Positions 1-10,591 of a DNA stretch of 64,000 nucleotides are shown here, piece by piece. The DNA is from a virus, in IMG/VR virus record IMGVR_UViG_3300050026_000388, positions 38,176 through 102,175 of that record; one strand, written 5' to 3'. Under the pieces are notes generated by a model. It saw only the letters and a list, made by a program, of their open reading frames with translations, ran no database searches and was not told the origin of the DNA. Position numbers and translations under genes: made by a program. Position 1 is the stretch's first letter. Each line of letters begins with the position of its first letter.

Positions 1-116
1 CCCGTGGTGTCAAACAAAAGTATATCTGCCGTTTGCTTCAAACGGCGGCAGCAACCCAACGCTCCATGAGCAAAACAGGCATAGCTCCCGGGACCCCATC
101 ACTGGAAGATTTGTAA

Positions 117-2330
117 GTGATAGCGATGAGTAATAGATACACAATAGATAGAAAGTATACTTCGATGACTATCCGTCATTGTCCTAAGTACAACGTCCAT
201 GACCACTATGTTTTTACCTGCCTTAGCTCGTGCGAAGACTTCGAAGGGATTGTTGAAGGCGCGGTAATCTGCAACTACAAGTACCCGCCGACGGAATCCT
301 CTGTTGACGAAAGCCCCAAACCTAGAAAGATTCCAGGTGTTGGCGGTCCATTGGATACGCCGAGTGTGGACGGGAAACCGAGTGGAGAGCGTGCACGGGA
401 CACGGCCGTCGGTCCAGAATTTGCAATCCCTGTTGTAGACATGGGACCGCTTAAACCTAAAAAGCGGAAGGAGAAGAAGAAGAATGGATGCTAAAAATGC
501 ATTGGCGACGATGTACGGCATGGCATTAACGACCTCGAATAATGACTCAACCTTAGATTATCTAGACAAGCTTTTCAAATGCATCCGTGATGCTATTGAG
601 GAGAAAAAGAATGGATGAACTTATCAGCCAAGAACAAGCCGCTAGGAACCAACTAATACAGAACCTGCTTGTGGTTACGGGAATCGTTACCGCCGCGGAG
701 ATGTCGAACGTTGGCAGGAAGGTAGTGATGGATGCGTTGATGCAGTTGATGGCGTACCTAACCGCCCCGACGGATGAAAAGGTAATCGAAAACGTAACCC
801 CCTTATACCCCTTGTATGGTTAAGATTAGGTGAATATGACTGACGAAACCGACGAAGAGCAACGCATTGTCCAGGCGGCTATCGGCGGCTGGCTGCACGC
901 GATGGTCGGGCGGCAGGAAAAACTAGAGGAAGACATTAGAGAACTTGCCGCGCAGGTTGAAATGCTGACTGCCGAGATGACGCGAATATTAACTGCACTG
1001 GGGGTTGATGCAGATTGGTCGAAGACGAACAGCGCCCAATAATCTGCCCGCAGAAGAAAGTGAAATACGGTGCGTGCTTTGACTGTGAGTACTGCGAAAG
1101 AATCGGTTTCTGCGACTACCCTACCCCGGTAGACACACTCATCCGTGAAATCAAGCGCCGGCCCATGAGTACCCCGCTGTGGATGGGTGCGCTGCAGCGA
1201 AACACTACTGAAGTACAACTAGACGGCCGCCGCTGGTGCGACCGAAACGGCAACGAGGTTTTTATAATACAACCGTCACTTCAGGGCGCAAGCAAGAGCA
1301 AGAGGAAAGAAGAAAATGACGTGTGAAATGTGTATCGACTGCGGCAAGGTGTTCGAGCAATGGAATTCTCGGCTGTACGTGTATTACTGCAAAGAATGTA
1401 ACGATAAAAGTATGTATGACGAAGCAGTGAAAAAGTTAGAAGGAAAAAGATGATTAAGAAAGTTTGTAAAAACTGTATTCATTGGGGAAAGAACGAACCG
1501 TACAGAAATGGAAAGCCACGGTTCGGCGGAGAATGTGATAGCGAAAAGTTTGTTTACGACGGTATGGATACCTATTACAATAAAGAGCCAGACGAGGATA
1601 TGTTACAATACGGCGACTTTGAAGGATACTCAGCGGACTTTGATACTGGCCCAGAGTTTGGATGTATTCACTTTGAACCGCACCGCGCGCGCGAGGAAAA
1701 AGATGAGGACGTAAAAGACAACGATGACCACGATGCTGCAATGGAAGCAGCCGGCGAACAATGGAACCCCGAAGACGGATGTTGGGATTAAAATTGCGCG
1801 GAGAAAAAAGATGACTAAAATCGAGAAGAAATCAGAAACTAAGTGCATCGACTGCGAGCATTACCTCCTAAAAAACGAGACGGTAAGCTTAGATTTAATA
1901 TTTGATTCTGTGGTAGCGACAGCTAAATACATCTGCGAGAAGGGTGACAAACCCAATATGATTAACTGGTGCGACCACTACTCGCGCGCCATTATCGAGG
2001 ACGCAATCGTGTGGAAGCGGGGAGATGTTGACGAGGACCCATAATGAACTGCATCGACTGCAAATATATGAGCAAGTCAGCAGGCAGCCAGTTCAGCGCG
2101 GGCATTCATGTGTACTGCCTCAAATTAAAGTGCGTGGTCGAGCGCGACCACGGCTGCCCATCAGGAGAAAAAAGGAGGAATAAAAAATGATATTAGGACA
2201 ACCAGATTGGTTGGTATATGTTATAGGATTTGTAGTATGGAGTGTGGCGCTGTACCTACTAGGATTCATCCACGGGATGCACCATAAGGAGATTGTATAC
2301 ATCCGCGAACGTAACGCGAAGCACGAAAAT
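117..2330 (+). other. Cluster of short, tightly packed hypothetical ORFs, several Cys-rich (CxxC zinc-finger-like), e.g. 117-494, 1015-1326, 1450-1791, 1811-2044
   Basis: Overlapping start/stop junctions, purine-rich RBS, CxxC motifs (CLSSC, CFDCEYC, CKNCIHW, CIDCEHY). Confidence 0.6.
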
Positions 2331-2537
2331 TTAGTAACGAAGGGGTGGTAAAATACATAAGCATGAGTTTCACCATAGTTGCTTCAAAGGCCGCAGCCTG
2401 AGAAACGACGCGCTGAAAACACTTGTAATGTGCATAGCCTTCGTGGTTATCGTAACAGTGATATTTACGTCAACGTGTTGGCCGTGTCTATGACGATGCG
2501 AGACGATATACTTAAGGTTTTTACTAGTGGAGAAGAG

Positions 2538-2948
2538 ATGAAGAAAAAGAAAGACGAAGAGTTAGAATTAAAAAAGCCAGGGCCTGATGAAGACCGAGTA
2601 CAGACATGCGAGCGCGCGATATGTGGTATGCTTGACCGGCTTGATTCCCTTGAAAAAAGCATGGACCACGCGTGGGGGGAAATCGCGAAGGGAGTACACC
2701 TGTGCAACTCCGATACGCGGCTGTATACAGTAGAAGAACGCTTAACGCAGTTAGAGCAGAATTCATTAGATAACTTTCATGACATTCGAGCAGTAAAACA
2801 TAAAGAACCCGAACCGATATTTGAAGAACTTGAAAAACGTGGGCTTGTCAGAAAAAGTAGCCAGACAGGGGACCTCTTGCTAACTGGAAAAGGAAGGCAA
2901 CTTAAAAAACTGTTTGATGATACATATATTGTAGATATACGGGAGTGA
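2538..2948 (+). CDS. Hypothetical coiled-coil protein with C-terminal winged-helix-like segment
   Basis: ATG 2538 after GGAG within ORF 2379-2948; LEKRGLVRKS...LLLTGKGRQL resembles a wHTH wing. Confidence 0.45.
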   Translation: MKKKKDEELELKKPGPDEDRVQTCERAICGMLDRLDSLEKSMDHAWGEIAKGVHLCNSDTRLYTVEERLTQLEQNSLDNFHDIRAVKHKEPEPIFEELEKRGLVRKSSQTGDLLLTGKGRQLKKLFDDTYIVDIRE

Positions 2949-2952
2949 TAAG

Positions 2953-4074
2953 ATGGTTAAGATATACCCACATGGAATGGGGTGGAAACCTCAATTAAAA
3001 GATTTAAGAGACTATAAATTCACAGCGCGACCGGAACAAGTAGAAGCGCTACCCGCTAGCGCGGACATACGCGCGTATGACACACCAATATTAGACCAGG
3101 GAAATTTAGGAAGCTGCACGGCTAACGCGGGCGTAGCAGTATTTATGTACCTACAGAAAAAGCGGCTAGGCACATTTACCCAAGGTTCGCGACTCTTTAT
3201 TTACAAAAAAACCCGCGATATGGAAGGTGTGACAGGCGATGTTGGCGCAACCCTTAGAGACACCGCCAGCGAGATGGTTAAATACGGCGTACCCCCGGAA
3301 TCCGAGTGGCCATATAACGAAGGTCAGTTCGACGTCGAGCCGTCGCCGGCAGTGGCAGCGGACGCTGCTAAAATGGAGTCAACTAACTACTACCTGTGCG
3401 ACGGCTCTAATCCAAGCGCGACAATCACCAACATAAAGGCCGCCGTGGCGACCGCAGGACTTCCGGTGATGTTCGGTTCGACGGTTTACGAATCAATCTT
3501 CAATACTGGCAGCAATGGTATGATAGCCAACCCCGGCGGCCAAGTAGCTGGCGGCCACGCGATGGCCATAATGGGATACGACGACCAGAGGCAATGCTTC
3601 TTGATTAAGAATTCGTGGGGCTTGGGATGGGGTGCACAAGGCTACGGTTGGATGGGCTACACCTACTGGACCTCGGGGCTTGCTTCGGATTGTTGGGTCG
3701 TCGCAGATGAGAGCGAACTGGATGGACCCACCCCAACACCTACTCCAACGCCAACACCTACCCCAACGCCAAACCCTCATGTAGCGCCTGCAGGCTTCTC
3801 GCGTGGCTTTCACGCCGTTAGCCCCACAAGCAAAACGGCCACGCTTGTCGGAAGCATGGTAGGCGCGGATAAAAAACCATTAGCGAACGGGCAAATTAAT
3901 ATCTATCGCGCGGGGCAGCACGCTAAGCCGTGGGTTGGGGTGGCCACACCCGTCAGTGATTCTGCAGGAAACTGGAATGCTACTGTACCGATAGTCACAG
4001 GAGCCAACTACTTCTGGCTTGTTGGAATCGATGGAAAGAATGGATACTGGACGCAGGACGTGGTGTGGATTTAG
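2953..4074 (+). CDS. Papain-like C1A cysteine peptidase with PT linker and C-terminal Ig-like domain
   Basis: DQGNLGSCTA (oxyanion Q, catalytic C), GGHAM (H), IKNSWG (N); N-terminal GWKPQLKDLRD; (PT)n linker; beta-rich C-terminus. Confidence 0.92.
   Translation: MVKIYPHGMGWKPQLKDLRDYKFTARPEQVEALPASADIRAYDTPILDQGNLGSCTANAGVAVFMYLQKKRLGTFTQGSRLFIYKKTRDMEGVTGDVGATLRDTASEMVKYGVPPESEWPYNEGQFDVEPSPAVAADAAKMESTNYYLCDGSNPSATITNIKAAVATAGLPVMFGSTVYESIFNTGSNGMIANPGGQVAGGHAMAIMGYDDQRQCFLIKNSWGLGWGAQGYGWMGYTYWTSGLASDCWVVADESELDGPTPTPTPTPTPTPTPNPHVAPAGFSRGFHAVSPTSKTATLVGSMVGADKKPLANGQINIYRAGQHAKPWVGVATPVSDSAGNWNATVPIVTGANYFWLVGIDGKNGYWTQDVVWI
3727..3774 (+). repeat. Pro-Thr linker repeat
   Basis: Encodes PTPTPTPTPTPTPTP. 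Confidence 0.9.
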
Positions 4075-4079
4075 GTAAG

Positions 4080-4424
4080 ATGACAGAATACGATATGTGC
4101 CAAGAATGTGGCGGCTTATGCTGTGCTCTAGCAGAGAGTATCGAGTTTGGATACGAAGACAGACTCCGCATAGCAAATGAGTTTGGGATGACACCCGGAG
4201 AAGTGACGCAGCAGTTATCAGTCCCGACGTTGTGGAACGGTGAACGGCCTACGCGGAAGATGAAGTTTAGGCCGTGCATCTTTTGGTCGCAGGGACGCTG
4301 TGGGGTTCATAGCGTTAAGCCGAGTGCATGTGCCCAGTATGAACCAAAAGACCATTGCGATAAGCGTTACTTAAAAGCAGCAAAAAACGGTACGATTTTA
4401 ATTGACGTGAGATACAGAGAATGA
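4080..4424 (+). CDS. YkgJ/CxxCxxCC family cysteine-cluster protein
   Basis: CQECGGLCC...PCIFWSQGRCGVHSVKPSACAQY; ATG 4080 chosen as likely start. Confidence 0.85.
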   Translation: MTEYDMCQECGGLCCALAESIEFGYEDRLRIANEFGMTPGEVTQQLSVPTLWNGERPTRKMKFRPCIFWSQGRCGVHSVKPSACAQYEPKDHCDKRYLKAAKNGTILIDVRYRE

Positions 4425-4886
4425 ACTACTACTGCTCGTGGTATGGGAAAGACGTGCAACCTACCGCAGAGACGTGCTTTTGGTTGTTCGGCCCCCGAGC
4501 CGCGTGCGATGCATACGTAGAACTGACGCGCGGCAACGGAGACGGGCCGCGCTGCGCGTATTTGGTGCAGGTATACGGGGTAAAGCCTAGAGAAGAATGA
4601 TAAACTACGACAACGTCATCCGGCTTACCGAGTGCCGCCGCTGCATGCTGCGGGCGGCCAGGAACCACGACCACTGCGAGGACTGTTCAATCACAAGGGA
4701 TGCGCGGATATATATCGCGTTAAGAGAAAACGAGAGGAAAAAGAATGATTGGGAGTAGCGTAAGAGAAGCATTACTTGTCTTGTACGGTATGGCAATGGC
4801 GTCTGCAAGCACAGAAACCGCGCTAGCGCGGGTAGATAATTCCTATGGGACTATCTGCGATTACATTGAGTGGTCGGAGAAAAATA

Positions 4887-5144
4887 ATGGTTGATAAATG
4901 GGACGAAGCGAGCCGTAAAGGGAATGAAATACCAATACGGCCGGTAGACGACGAAAGCGGCCCGAAAATATTAGGGATGCCGGCTAAGACGGTCGTTCGT
5001 TTTATTGGGGGTCCTGATGGCCAACCACAGATAGCGATACCATCCCAACCCGATAGTCGATGGGGTATGGTAGTCCTCACATTGGCGCTAGTATTCGCGT
5101 GGCTGTTCGGGATAATGTCGCAAGCACTGTTCCATATCGTCTGA
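4887..5144 (+). CDS. Small protein with C-terminal transmembrane helix
   Basis: WGMVVLTLALVFAWLFGIM hydrophobic segment; start uncertain (4845 or 4887). Confidence 0.55.
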   Translation: MVDKWDEASRKGNEIPIRPVDDESGPKILGMPAKTVVRFIGGPDGQPQIAIPSQPDSRWGMVVLTLALVFAWLFGIMSQALFHIV

Positions 5145-5413
5145 TGTGGCAGGATTTTTGCATACTCTCATTAAACCTAGTGTTTGGGTTCACATTAATA
5201 CCTCAAGTACGTGAACTATACACAAAGAAGACTTCAATGAGCATCGCATCGTGTAGTATGACTTTCTCCGCTTTAATAATCCTTGGGGTTACGTATGCGA
5301 CTCTTGGACTTTTGCTTGCAGTGTGTGGCAACCTACTCGACTTGGCGGCATGGGGCTCACTGTTGGGGTTATCAATTATACATCGTAATAGGGTGAAAAA
5401 TGCCAATTTGTAA
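5144..5413 (+). CDS. PQ-loop / SemiSWEET-like three-helix membrane protein
   Basis: TGATG-coupled start at 5144; 89 aa, three hydrophobic segments, LIPQV motif after TM1 then KKTSMS. Confidence 0.7.
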   Translation: MWQDFCILSLNLVFGFTLIPQVRELYTKKTSMSIASCSMTFSALIILGVTYATLGLLLAVCGNLLDLAAWGSLLGLSIIHRNRVKNANL

Positions 5414-5855
5414 GGGTAACTGTCATTATCACTATGGTAAAGGTGAAGAGCGAGAAGACTTTAGTATAAACCCAGCTACAGGAGAACTATTTAAAACATG
5501 CGATGTATGTCGCAAATACTATAGTAAGCGGATGCAACAAACAGAGCGCAGAAGAGAAGAGCGGATACGAAGTAAGAATAAAAGCCACCAACTTAGGTAC
5601 ACCATTCTAATTTTCTACTCAGAAGGGCAAGGCCCACACATACCGCGCTGTGCGTGCTGTGGAGAAACAAGTGAAGAGTTTTTAGCTATTGACCACACTA
5701 ATGGCGGCGGTAATAGACATAGGAAAGCAATTAACTTTAGTCCTATATACCAATGGCTTAAAAGCAACAAATATCCGATGGGTTACCGCGTGCTATGCCA
5801 TGACTGTAATATGTCTTTCGCATTTTATGGATACTGCCCCCACGATAAAGAATAA
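5400..5855 (+). CDS. HNH-type (His-Me finger) endonuclease-like protein
   Basis: CACCG...LAIDH...RVLCHDCN...CPH. Confidence 0.75.
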   Translation: MPICKGNCHYHYGKGEEREDFSINPATGELFKTCDVCRKYYSKRMQQTERRREERIRSKNKSHQLRYTILIFYSEGQGPHIPRCACCGETSEEFLAIDHTNGGGNRHRKAINFSPIYQWLKSNKYPMGYRVLCHDCNMSFAFYGYCPHDKE

Positions 5856-5857
5856 AC

Positions 5858-7561
5858 ATGCCACCTAAGAAACCCAAACGCACCCCCGAACAAACCGCCC
5901 GCCTACGGCAGTTTGACGCTATGTTGCGCGCCTTCAAACGAGTCCAAATGAGGGTCGGCGCAGTTACTATCAACAATGCCATCAAAAAGGACAGGGGCAA
6001 CATCAGTTCAATCTTATCACACGGCGACATCAACAGAATAAAACAGGAACTCAACCACTACTTCCGCGCGACATCGCCAGTGATATGGCGCAACGCGCTT
6101 AAACAAGTTTGGTTAGACGCCGGCGCGGCTAGCATTGAGCTACACCACTCATTCTTCACTGGTACAAAAAGTTCAACATATGATGATGAACTTGATATAG
6201 AACAAAAGGATTGGTGGGATTCTGAAGCCGATGAATGGGCACCCCTACCGGAATTTGACTTCTTTACTAACGTTACTAAAGCCGCCGACCCACCCGATAC
6301 ATGGGCGCAGTCGGTTGATGATTACCTTCGCGGAAACGGAGCTGGAAGGGCGGACGGGATTAGTTCAACAACCGGCGACCAAGTGATGAACGCGATAGCA
6401 GACGGCGTGGCTGCCGGCGAACCAACACGAGACGTAGCAGCCCGCGTGGAGTCGCAACTTGACGAGACGTGGCCGGGACGCGCAGACACCATCGCGCGCA
6501 CGGAAACCGCGGCGGCAACGAATCAGGCTTCTTTAGAGGACGCGAAGGCAACTGTTCCAGGAATGAATAAGACGTGGATATGCTCGTTTGTAAACTCAAG
6601 AGAATGGCACCAAGATGCCGACGGCCAGAGTGTGCCGCTTGAAGAGCCGTTCATCGTGATGGAAGAAGAGTTAGACGTCCCAGGCGACCCTAGTGGCGAA
6701 CCGGAAAATGTGATTAATTGTATGTGCTCGGTTGGCTACGAGTCGCCAAGCGGCGAAGAAGTTGGCGAAGGTGAAGAAGCTGCAGCCCCAGAACTCACTG
6801 ATGAGCAAACAGCTCAGCTTGCGGATATGTTCGACCAGTTAGCCGCCGGCGAGGGCGAGCTGACTCCTGAAGAAGGTACAAATATAGCTGATGGCATAAG
6901 TAGTATTATGGGTACATCGGCAGAGGGCGCACCAGAAACATACACAGATTATAAAGACGCATATAATGCGTTTCAACAGTACGCTGATGACACCCTAACA
7001 AAGGATGAGCGGAAACTTGTAACAGATTACACCATACGCGAGTTCCAGCCAATCAACTACTTTTTGCGCTACGGAGGGAAAGCCGGCTGGGGACCAGACT
7101 TAACTGCGGACATTGAAGCTGAAGCTAATAGTATGGTTGGAATAATACAAAACGCCCCACAATTTGAAGGAACAGTTTATAGGGCGGTATGGACCCCATA
7201 CATTAGCGATTTTTATACACAGCTACAAAGTGCGCAAGTCGGTGATGAGCTTTCGTTTGCTGGAATAACTTCAACGTCGGCCGAACCCGATACGATGGGT
7301 AATATTTTAGAGGCCATGAAGCAAAGTGGAGTTACCGGAAACAATCAAATTTATTATACAATAGAAGATGCTAAAGGAGCCGTTATACAACCCTTAAGTG
7401 GAATGCCGCAGGAAAATTTAAATGAGGTAGTACTCAATGACGGTGTGAAAGGAGAGATAACTAACATTAAAGAAGTACAAGACGTAGAAGGGCGCACACA
7501 ATGGCCAAATCACCCAAGTAATTGGAAGGATAAGTTGTATATAACTGTGAAGATGTTGTAG
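5858..7561 (+). CDS. Minor head protein (SPP1 gp7/MuF) fused to C-terminal VIP2-like ADP-ribosyltransferase domain
   Basis: MuF: RADTIARTETAAA, KTWIC, SREWHQDADGQ, PGDP..ENVINCMC. ART: DYT..FQPINYFLR, VYR (R442), STS (S472), NEVVL (E523). Confidence 0.88.
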   Translation: MPPKKPKRTPEQTARLRQFDAMLRAFKRVQMRVGAVTINNAIKKDRGNISSILSHGDINRIKQELNHYFRATSPVIWRNALKQVWLDAGAASIELHHSFFTGTKSSTYDDELDIEQKDWWDSEADEWAPLPEFDFFTNVTKAADPPDTWAQSVDDYLRGNGAGRADGISSTTGDQVMNAIADGVAAGEPTRDVAARVESQLDETWPGRADTIARTETAAATNQASLEDAKATVPGMNKTWICSFVNSREWHQDADGQSVPLEEPFIVMEEELDVPGDPSGEPENVINCMCSVGYESPSGEEVGEGEEAAAPELTDEQTAQLADMFDQLAAGEGELTPEEGTNIADGISSIMGTSAEGAPETYTDYKDAYNAFQQYADDTLTKDERKLVTDYTIREFQPINYFLRYGGKAGWGPDLTADIEAEANSMVGIIQNAPQFEGTVYRAVWTPYISDFYTQLQSAQVGDELSFAGITSTSAEPDTMGNILEAMKQSGVTGNNQIYYTIEDAKGAVIQPLSGMPQENLNEVVLNDGVKGEITNIKEVQDVEGRTQWPNHPSNWKDKLYITVKML

Positions 7562-7575
7562 CAGGAGACGTAATA

Positions 7576-7689
7576 ATGCCAAAAACTAAAAAGTTGACTG
7601 AAAAGGAAAAATTAGAGCTTGCCGCGGCGCAGAGATTTACTGACAGTGAGGGTATAACTTTAGTTCCAAAAAAGAAGGCCAAAAAATGA
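7576..7689 (+). CDS. 37-aa micro-ORF, candidate immunity peptide of the MuF-ART toxin
   Basis: Not in the ORF track; AGGAG RBS upstream; MPKTKKLTEKEKLELAAAQRFTDSEGITLVPKKKAKK; stop overlaps next ATG (ATGA). Confidence 0.6.
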   Translation: MPKTKKLTEKEKLELAAAQRFTDSEGITLVPKKKAKK

Positions 7690-7952
7690 AAGACAACCTA
7701 TGCGAAGCAATGCTGCGCCCCTGCGACGCCATCCGCGGCGGCAGTGAGTGTCAGATGTGCCAGATGACTTACCTAGTAAAAGAGTTGAGAAAGATAAAGG
7801 ACGAATTAAAACTACTGAACACACGGCTCTTTCCAACCCCCTATAAAGAATCGGACTTTAGTAATACCCAAACGGCAAACACTGAATGGAGGGGTACACA
7901 CTGGTATACGCCGAGTGATGGGCAATGGCAGTACCCAAAGAAAGACGAGTAA
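7686..7952 (+). CDS. Hypothetical Cys-containing protein
   Basis: ORF coupled to upstream micro-ORF; C-x6-C, CQMC. Confidence 0.55.
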   Translation: MKDNLCEAMLRPCDAIRGGSECQMCQMTYLVKELRKIKDELKLLNTRLFPTPYKESDFSNTQTANTEWRGTHWYTPSDGQWQYPKKDE

Positions 7953-8001
7953 ACACCTAAGCGCCTAATCGCAACCATATTTACCGTAATCATAATCATC
8001 A

Positions 8002-8790
8002 ATGACACGAAGAAACGAACGTGTAGAATTTAGGGAATGTATTATCTGTGGGTTTTGGGTAGTATCTAACCTAGTAGGATATCGGCGCGGGTTAGTTTAT
8101 TGCCCTAGCTGTCGAGATGTTCTTACGCGGAAGAAGAACGCGTTGATATGGGATAAAAATAGGCCAAAGTATTATGCGGCCATGGCTATAAAAGCAAAGG
8201 AAAAGTGGGCTGCAATTAAAGCTTCAGCAAAACCTAAGCTAATAAAATGTGGTATATGTGGGAAGATTATAATACAAAATTCTGGTAACCATAAGTACTG
8301 TAATGATTGTAAGACCGAATCACGCCGCAGGAACAGTAAAAACTGGCGGACAAAGAACCCAAAACAATATAGAGCTCTTAATCGAAAGCGGAGATTAGAA
8401 GACCCAGAATCTGAAAGAAAACGTAGTAGAGTATACTGCCATCAGAACTTAGATAAGTATAGGATATATGCACATAATCGCCGCGCACGGATAGAAGGCA
8501 ATGGCGGCACACATACAATTCAAGAATTGAACAACTTATTTAAAGAGCAAGATGACCTCTGTTATTACTGCGGCACCAGCATTTTTAGAAATGTTAGGAA
8601 ATCATATCATATAGACCATAAACTCCCGTTATCACGGGGTGGGTCTAATGACATTCACAATATAGTCTTAACGTGTCCAGCGTGTAATTGGAAAAAGAGG
8701 ACACTTACAGATATTGAATTTTTATCTCTATATGAAAAAAATGAAGAGGACACAAACTCTGGAACCAAAGTTGGTTCGACAAATCAATGA
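8002..8790 (+). CDS. Free-standing HNH homing endonuclease with N-terminal Zn ribbons
   Basis: CYYCG...HIDHKLPLSRGGSNDIHNIVLTCPACNWKK. Confidence 0.92.
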   Translation: MTRRNERVEFRECIICGFWVVSNLVGYRRGLVYCPSCRDVLTRKKNALIWDKNRPKYYAAMAIKAKEKWAAIKASAKPKLIKCGICGKIIIQNSGNHKYCNDCKTESRRRNSKNWRTKNPKQYRALNRKRRLEDPESERKRSRVYCHQNLDKYRIYAHNRRARIEGNGGTHTIQELNNLFKEQDDLCYYCGTSIFRNVRKSYHIDHKLPLSRGGSNDIHNIVLTCPACNWKKRTLTDIEFLSLYEKNEEDTNSGTKVGSTNQ

Positions 8791-9253
8791 ATTTTTCACG
8801 GCCACCGAACAGCACGCCTGCGCCATCCGCCTCCGCCAACCCTCTCCGTTCGGTTCCTACCAGCCGTGCGACGTCCTGGTTTTATCATCATTATCACAGT
8901 ACAGATTGGCCATCGAGTGCAAGAGCGTGCTTGAGCCGGCCGCCGATAAACTGTATTTCAGCAGCCACTTCACCACCGATGCCAAAGGCGTACACCAAAT
9001 CACCCGAATAACCGGATTCTGTGGGGAGTCGGGGATGCGGGGAATCCTCGCCGTCGAACTGCGGAATGGTGTGAAAGGCGCGAAGAGTGCGGTGCATTTC
9101 GTTCCATGGCGAGTTGTCTATCGTACGTATAATGACGGCGAGAAAGGTATCCAATATGAAACCGTGCGCGAGTGGCCGCAATTTCGCAGGGTTCGTGGGG
9201 TGTTAAATCTTGACTCCTGCCTGGAAGAGCTACAATATTCCCTAGACGAGTAG
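8741..9253 (+). CDS. PD-(D/E)xK nuclease, Holliday-junction resolvase-like (Hjc/RecU superfamily), methanogen-type
   Basis: QPCDVLV...LAIECKS...LYFSSHF...HQI...GILAVELR; start 8741 or 8732. Confidence 0.75.
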   Translation: MKRTQTLEPKLVRQINEFFTATEQHACAIRLRQPSPFGSYQPCDVLVLSSLSQYRLAIECKSVLEPAADKLYFSSHFTTDAKGVHQITRITGFCGESGMRGILAVELRNGVKGAKSAVHFVPWRVVYRTYNDGEKGIQYETVREWPQFRRVRGVLNLDSCLEELQYSLDE

Positions 9254-9319
9254 CTCTTTAGAGCTTTAGAGTTGAGATTAACCAGTGTCAATTCCCACCT
9301 AGCTGTGCGTATCAAAACG

Positions 9320-9336
9320 TAGGCAACTATAAATAC
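9320..9336 (+). promoter_or_regulatory. Putative archaeal promoter (purine-rich BRE-like segment plus TATAAATA box)
   Basis: TATAAATA at 9328-9335 in an AT-rich intergenic gap, upstream of the AGGAG RBS and ORF 9380. Confidence 0.55.
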
Positions 9337-9379
9337 CATAGTGTGTATGTTACTCTTGTTAAAACATAGTTAACAGGAG

Positions 9380-10174
9380 TTGAACAATATGCAAAAAACC
9401 GTGAGCCGCGCCGAAAGGCTTGGGTCATTATCGGAAACCGAACTAGAGAATCTGTATAATTTACTCAGCTATGGATACTTCGACGAACGGGCGCTTAAAC
9501 TCGACGTTCAGCGCGAGATACAGAGGCGGCATAAGCCGACGTATGCAGAAGCGTGGAAGGCACAAGTTGAAGCTATGGGGAACAAACAATGAAGGCATAC
9601 GTGCAGGCCGCGGCCGCGCTCATAATGTTGACGATAGCGGCTGTGTTCCTCTCGATAGTAGAATTGGTTACGGGGCAAAAGCCGGTAGAAGGAGATGAGC
9701 ATTGTGCTTATAGCTGGATTATATAACCTAAACGAATTGGAACAAATCAAGCGCGCGGTCGAAGAGGTTGACGAGCATGTTTGTTTCGCCACTGAGATAG
9801 CTCCCGGACACTTTAATATCGAAACGATAAGCGGCAGCGGCACGCGCTCGCGCGCGGCTAAGGTAGTTGGCGACACGGTTGAGGTGTTCTAAAATTCTGA
9901 AGTTGGAGATAAAAAAATGAACGCTAAACTTTTTTGTAGAAGCGCCAATAAGGGTTGTGATTTAGGAGATATCTTAGAATATCACGAAGGCGACTGGAAC
10001 TATAAAAGGGCTTTAGTAAGGGTCACCGATTGGGATACGCTTGTAATAGTCGCTAAGAAAACAAGCCATCCTGAACAGATGATAGAATATTACAGTGCTG
10101 GCGGAATACGGATGGTTGTTGAAACCGTTGGTGACGGTCAGTTTAAAAATTGCGGGATTGAAAAAGGAAGATGA
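9380..10174 (+). other. Run of small hypothetical ORFs (9380-9592, 9695-9892, 9917-10174)
   Basis: Each preceded by a GGAG-type RBS; no recognisable domain. Confidence 0.55.
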
Positions 10175-10422
10175 TGCGTGCAAATGACAGAAGAACCAGA
10201 ACCGTATAAATGTGAAATATGTGGTGAGTCTACGAACAATAACACGATGAGCGGACATTGGACGTGTTATAAGTGTCACTCTAAAGCGAAAAAACGCGGT
10301 TGGTGATGGTAAAAAATGAACACAACACCGCAACTAATAGTAATGTTCGCGCCAGCAATGGTGCTACTCACGCTGTATATCGTTGTAATAACGCTCGACG
10401 CAATTGTAGGGAGAATTTCGAT

Positions 10423-10581
10423 ATGGAACAAAACAAACGTAAAGGAATCATGGTCCCTATAGAGGCCCATGAATGGCTATTGAATAAAGTGAGAGAGGTA
10501 CAAGGGACGCAACCCATGAACCGCGTCACGCTTGGTGACGTTGTACTCGACGTGATTCGCGCGGTTGAAGACTATGAATAG
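10423..10581 (+). CDS. Small ribbon-helix-helix-like DNA-binding protein
   Basis: KGIMVPIEAHEWL...VTLGDVVLDVI strand-helix-helix pattern; GGGAG RBS. Confidence 0.5.
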   Translation: MEQNKRKGIMVPIEAHEWLLNKVREVQGTQPMNRVTLGDVVLDVIRAVEDYE

Positions 10582-10591
10582 GTGATTAAAA

